Shown here: in pieces, positions 60,937 to 64,000 of the stretch
How positions within the stretch are numbered: the stretch's first letter is position 1
Layout: each line of letters begins with the position of its first letter
Assembly: GCA_009859145.1 (NCBI GenBank)
Contig: VRVR01000021.1
Coordinates: 257,507-321,506 of the forward strand
Source: Andalucia godoyi And28
Lineage: Eukaryota > Protista > Jakobida
Direction: 5' to 3'
DNA length: 64,000 bases
Notes under the pieces: model-generated
What the model was told of the DNA's origin: nothing
Databases searched by the model: none
What the model saw: only the letters and a program-made list of their open reading frames with translations
Translations under genes and position numbers: made by a program

Positions 60937-63900
60937 ATGTACAGTGGTGGTAGTGGTGGTGGTGGCGGGAGTTCGTACGGCGGATATGCTGCGAGTCCAA
61001 GCCAGACGCACAAGTTGCATGTGTACCGCACTTCGTTTGGGACGTCTGCGCAGCTGCAAATCCCGCTGCGGGACAAGTTTCTTCGCCCACACTCATCGTC
61101 GTATATAACAGGATTTTGCATTGTTTCGCACTCGCCTGCGTTTCATGTCTCGGACTATGCACTGGCTCCAATTTGCCATCCTGAGGCCCTCGAGTATCCG
61201 TGCAGTGTTACGGTGGATCCATGCCTGGTTGAAGGCGTGCTGCCGCAAACGACATTTAGACGGTGTCCATGGATTCGGGCGCATGTTGATGATGCAGAGC
61301 TGGAATCCGTGGTGTTGACGCGAGACGAGGTTCAAGTGCTGGTCGATTTTCACAATGCGTGGTTTGTCAAGCTGTTGAGCTGTTCAACTGGTGCTCACCG
61401 ACTCGTGTCCCAGCACCCGTTGTTCATGAGTGTCGAGTCCGCAAGCCCGTTTATCGGGAAGCCAGTTGTGTGCCCTCTTGTAGACGGCAAGCTGAATGTT
61501 CCTGCAATGGCTGTTTTGCTGGGAAAAGGAACGGAAGTCTCCATCAGCAGAGTGGCCCGCGCATTCCATCCTTCGCAGACCGTCCAGTCTCTCAGTTCAC
61601 AAGATGCATTTTCCGCCAATGACGTCGATGAGCTGGCATCGATGCACAGAATTCTCTCCCAGCAAGAATGGACTGCGTTTGAGTCTGTAGTCCGGAGTTG
61701 CGTGCTGGTTCCCGGCCGCGACACTCGGAGCGTTTACATTTGCAAGCGGTTCCCGGACCGCGAGCACGTTTCTCTATCCATTGGTACCACTGTTGTTACT
61801 CCCACTCCCACGTTGTCTTCTACGTCTATGTCTACGTCCTCCATCACGAAGACGCCCGTCTCGACTCTCAATGCGACACAAAGTCGGGAGTTCCATGACC
61901 ACATGGATCGCGTGTACGTCATACCGTTTCCAGTGGAGTTGTTCAAGTTCTCACGGGCACTAGCGAGCATTCTTTCCAGATGCACCAGAAGCATCCATCA
62001 TTTTGAAGCCATTCAGAAGCAGGCGCTGTCTCCTTTCAGGATCCGCTTCCGGGATTCCAATCGGTACCTTCTTCGAAGAGCGTTCACCCACAAATCCTTT
62101 ATATCCCCGTCGGATCGGCTCCTGAGTGCCGATCCGATGCCTGGCCATCAGTTGGAAAGAGATTATGAGCAGCTGGAGTTTCTGGGCGATGCTCTTCTGC
62201 AGCTGGTGCTCTCGGATCGCGTGGCAAGACTGTATCAGTACCTGACGTCTGTGAAGCGCGAGCGCATTTCGGATTCATTCTTTTATCGCTGGTTCAAGTT
62301 TTATGCTCGAAATTCAACCATTGAAAAGGCCATGATCACCAAGTTCGGCTGGAACCCGTCGACGCTGCTGACGATCCGAGGAAATCACGACGACAGCCGA
62401 GCCGTAATTTCGGATTGTTTCGAGGCGTTTCTAGCGGCCGTTTTTCTTGATTCTGGCCTTGCAATGGATCGGGTTGTGTACATTGTGGATAACGCACTTT
62501 TGTTTTCGATGGATTGTGACATTGTGACCGACGACCGTTTCCGCCTCGATTCGACGGTGTGGCGATCTGCACTGGCCGACAATCGACAGAGTTCCATGAA
62601 TGTGTCTATTGCTTCTTCAAAGATGCACAGCTATTTAGGGAGTTCGTCTGTTACTGTGGACTCTCTTCGCCCTTTCCTTGGAGAGACTCTAATGAACAGA
62701 CTTTCCCCAACCGATGCAGAATCTCTGCGTCCGCTGCTGGTGGAGTGTCTGGCGTTTAACTTGCCTTGCTACCCGCACGAGAAGCGAACAAATGACTGTC
62801 TGAATGATGTGCGCCGAGCTGTTCTCGATCCCGGGGATCCTGTGGTCCCTGCATCCTTCCTGCGATTCCGACTTGTTGGACAGTCGCTCTTGCGCCTCTC
62901 GACTGTGCTGTGGCTATTTCTTGGGGCCTTCCGCGGACCGATACAGGCATTTGCGAATTCCGGCGGAAGCTGGGCGGACGACGAATCGCAGGTGTCGGAG
63001 AAGACATATATTGCGAATCGCATGTATTTTTACTCTCACGAGCTTCGCGCAAAGCTGAATGCGGCACTGACGGAGCATCGGATGTGGGATCATGTCACCA
63101 GAACAGAGGATTCATACGCGCTGTTCGGAAAAGAGTGGAAGCAAAAGTTTCCTGCGGCTTCCTCGCGAAACTTATCACACCTCAGTGGTTCGCAGTACGA
63201 AGCGTTGTATTTCTGCATCCTGGCGGTTTGGGGCGGATTTTTTATGCACTATGATGGGGTATCCGACGTTGCAAATCCAGTTCTCTCGTTCTCTTCGGCG
63301 ACGAAGCAGCCAGCATGTTCTGTCTGCAACATGCCCCATTCCAATTTGTTCGCCTGTTTCATGTGCAAGTTCTTCTTCAGTCAGCGCCAGGGTTGGGCCA
63401 TGGCCCTCGATTACAGCGAGTCTGCGTCAAAGCATGCCACCCACATTCTCACCCAGCGATTCCTTCCCCTGGGAACCATTCGTGGCACCACCACGAATCC
63501 CGTGTCCCGTCCGAGTTCCTATGGGTTTCGCCAGAACTCCGAGCATTCTTCTTTCAAAAGCCAGGTTTGGATTGACGGTCATGAAATCGCATCTGCAGAG
63601 GATGTGCATCCACTGCAGTGTGAGCGTCTGGCAGTCCAGCGAGGCTATGCAATCTTGACATTTCTGCGAAGGCTCGCGTATCGAGAATATGGTCGTTCCT
63701 CCACGCGAGAGAGCACGGGGCTCTCCGCGAATCCGCATGACGTCCATGACGTTCCGTTGTTCGATTCTGAAGAGGGCGGATCATCGGAGGATGAGGGGGC
63801 CGAGGATGCGTATGCTCGCGTGATGAAACATGGCCAGTTTGAGTTTGATGAAACGAGAGAAGAGGGCTTTTATGCAAACACTGCTGTGGTCGGACCAATT

Positions 63901-64000
63901 TGGAAGATCTGGAAGCAGCATCGAGACGTTTCGAATGCGCAAGCACGTTTTCGATTTTCTCGTCGCCAAACTCGTCGTGTGATTGAAAATCTTGAAACAG
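60937..64000 (+). CDS. Dicer/Drosha-like ribonuclease III, 3'-truncated by the window (at least 1021 aa); absent from the supplied ORF track
   Basis: Manual translation of frame 1 shows no stop from 60841 to 64000. RNase III motifs LLRRAFTHKS (62068), YEQLEFLGDALL (62164) and ISDCFEAFLAAVFLDSG (62407). Second degenerate domain at 62730-63240, CxxC...CxxC at 63316, dsRBD-like segment at about 63550-63660. Confidence 0.9.
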   Translation, partial: MYSGGSGGGGGSSYGGYAASPSQTHKLHVYRTSFGTSAQLQIPLRDKFLRPHSSSYITGFCIVSHSPAFHVSDYALAPICHPEALEYPCSVTVDPCLVEGVLPQTTFRRCPWIRAHVDDAELESVVLTRDEVQVLVDFHNAWFVKLLSCSTGAHRLVSQHPLFMSVESASPFIGKPVVCPLVDGKLNVPAMAVLLGKGTEVSISRVARAFHPSQTVQSLSSQDAFSANDVDELASMHRILSQQEWTAFESVVRSCVLVPGRDTRSVYICKRFPDREHVSLSIGTTVVTPTPTLSSTSMSTSSITKTPVSTLNATQSREFHDHMDRVYVIPFPVELFKFSRALASILSRCTRSIHHFEAIQKQALSPFRIRFRDSNRYLLRRAFTHKSFISPSDRLLSADPMPGHQLERDYEQLEFLGDALLQLVLSDRVARLYQYLTSVKRERISDSFFYRWFKFYARNSTIEKAMITKFGWNPSTLLTIRGNHDDSRAVISDCFEAFLAAVFLDSGLAMDRVVYIVDNALLFSMDCDIVTDDRFRLDSTVWRSALADNRQSSMNVSIASSKMHSYLGSSSVTVDSLRPFLGETLMNRLSPTDAESLRPLLVECLAFNLPCYPHEKRTNDCLNDVRRAVLDPGDPVVPASFLRFRLVGQSLLRLSTVLWLFLGAFRGPIQAFANSGGSWADDESQVSEKTYIANRMYFYSHELRAKLNAALTEHRMWDHVTRTEDSYALFGKEWKQKFPAASSRNLSHLSGSQYEALYFCILAVWGGFFMHYDGVSDVANPVLSFSSATKQPACSVCNMPHSNLFACFMCKFFFSQRQGWAMALDYSESASKHATHILTQRFLPLGTIRGTTTNPVSRPSSYGFRQNSEHSSFKSQVWIDGHEIASAEDVHPLQCERLAVQRGYAILTFLRRLAYREYGRSSTRESTGLSANPHDVHDVPLFDSEEGGSSEDEGAEDAYARVMKHGQFEFDETREEGFYANTAVVGPIWKIWKQHRDVSNAQARFRFSRRQTRRVIENLET

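Noticed and set aside
1-64000. Non-standard genetic code, CRISPR array or autonomous transposon
   Set aside because: TAA, TAG and TGA all end recognisable genes. No spacer-repeat array, transposase or reverse transcriptase motifs were seen.

Overview
Gene-dense, GC-moderate eukaryotic nuclear DNA from an intron-poor, probably flagellated protist. All three standard stop codons are used and every CDS reads as a single exon. The lineage cannot be assigned from sequence alone. The window holds about 16 protein genes: PEX2, an RIIa/enolase-like protein, a half-size ABCB transporter, gamma-glutamyltranspeptidase, DRC8/EFCAB2, an acylated small protein, a BEACH-family-like ARM protein, RSL1D1, MED31, mitochondrial uS5, an 8193-aa surface receptor, EFL, a disordered repeat protein, a Spp2/GPKOW G-patch protein, pescadillo and a DONSON-like ORF. 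It also holds a 5S rRNA gene and two tRNA-Ala genes. Four things stand out. (1) An ORF missing from the supplied track (60937 to beyond 64000) encodes a helicase-less Dicer/Drosha-like RNase III with one intact and one apparently dead RNase III domain. (2) A tRNA-Ala has a GGC anticodon and the A32-U38 pair known from bacterial tRNA-Ala(GGC), unusual for a eukaryote. (3) A dispersed ~450-bp non-coding element occurs four times, always in the same orientation and always just upstream of an unrelated + strand gene; three copies end in a GTAAG splice-donor motif. (4) The giant receptor has a 283-bp perfectly identical internal duplication and a tail with about nine NPxY/NAxHG-like motifs. Protein calls come from manual motif recognition, not database searches.
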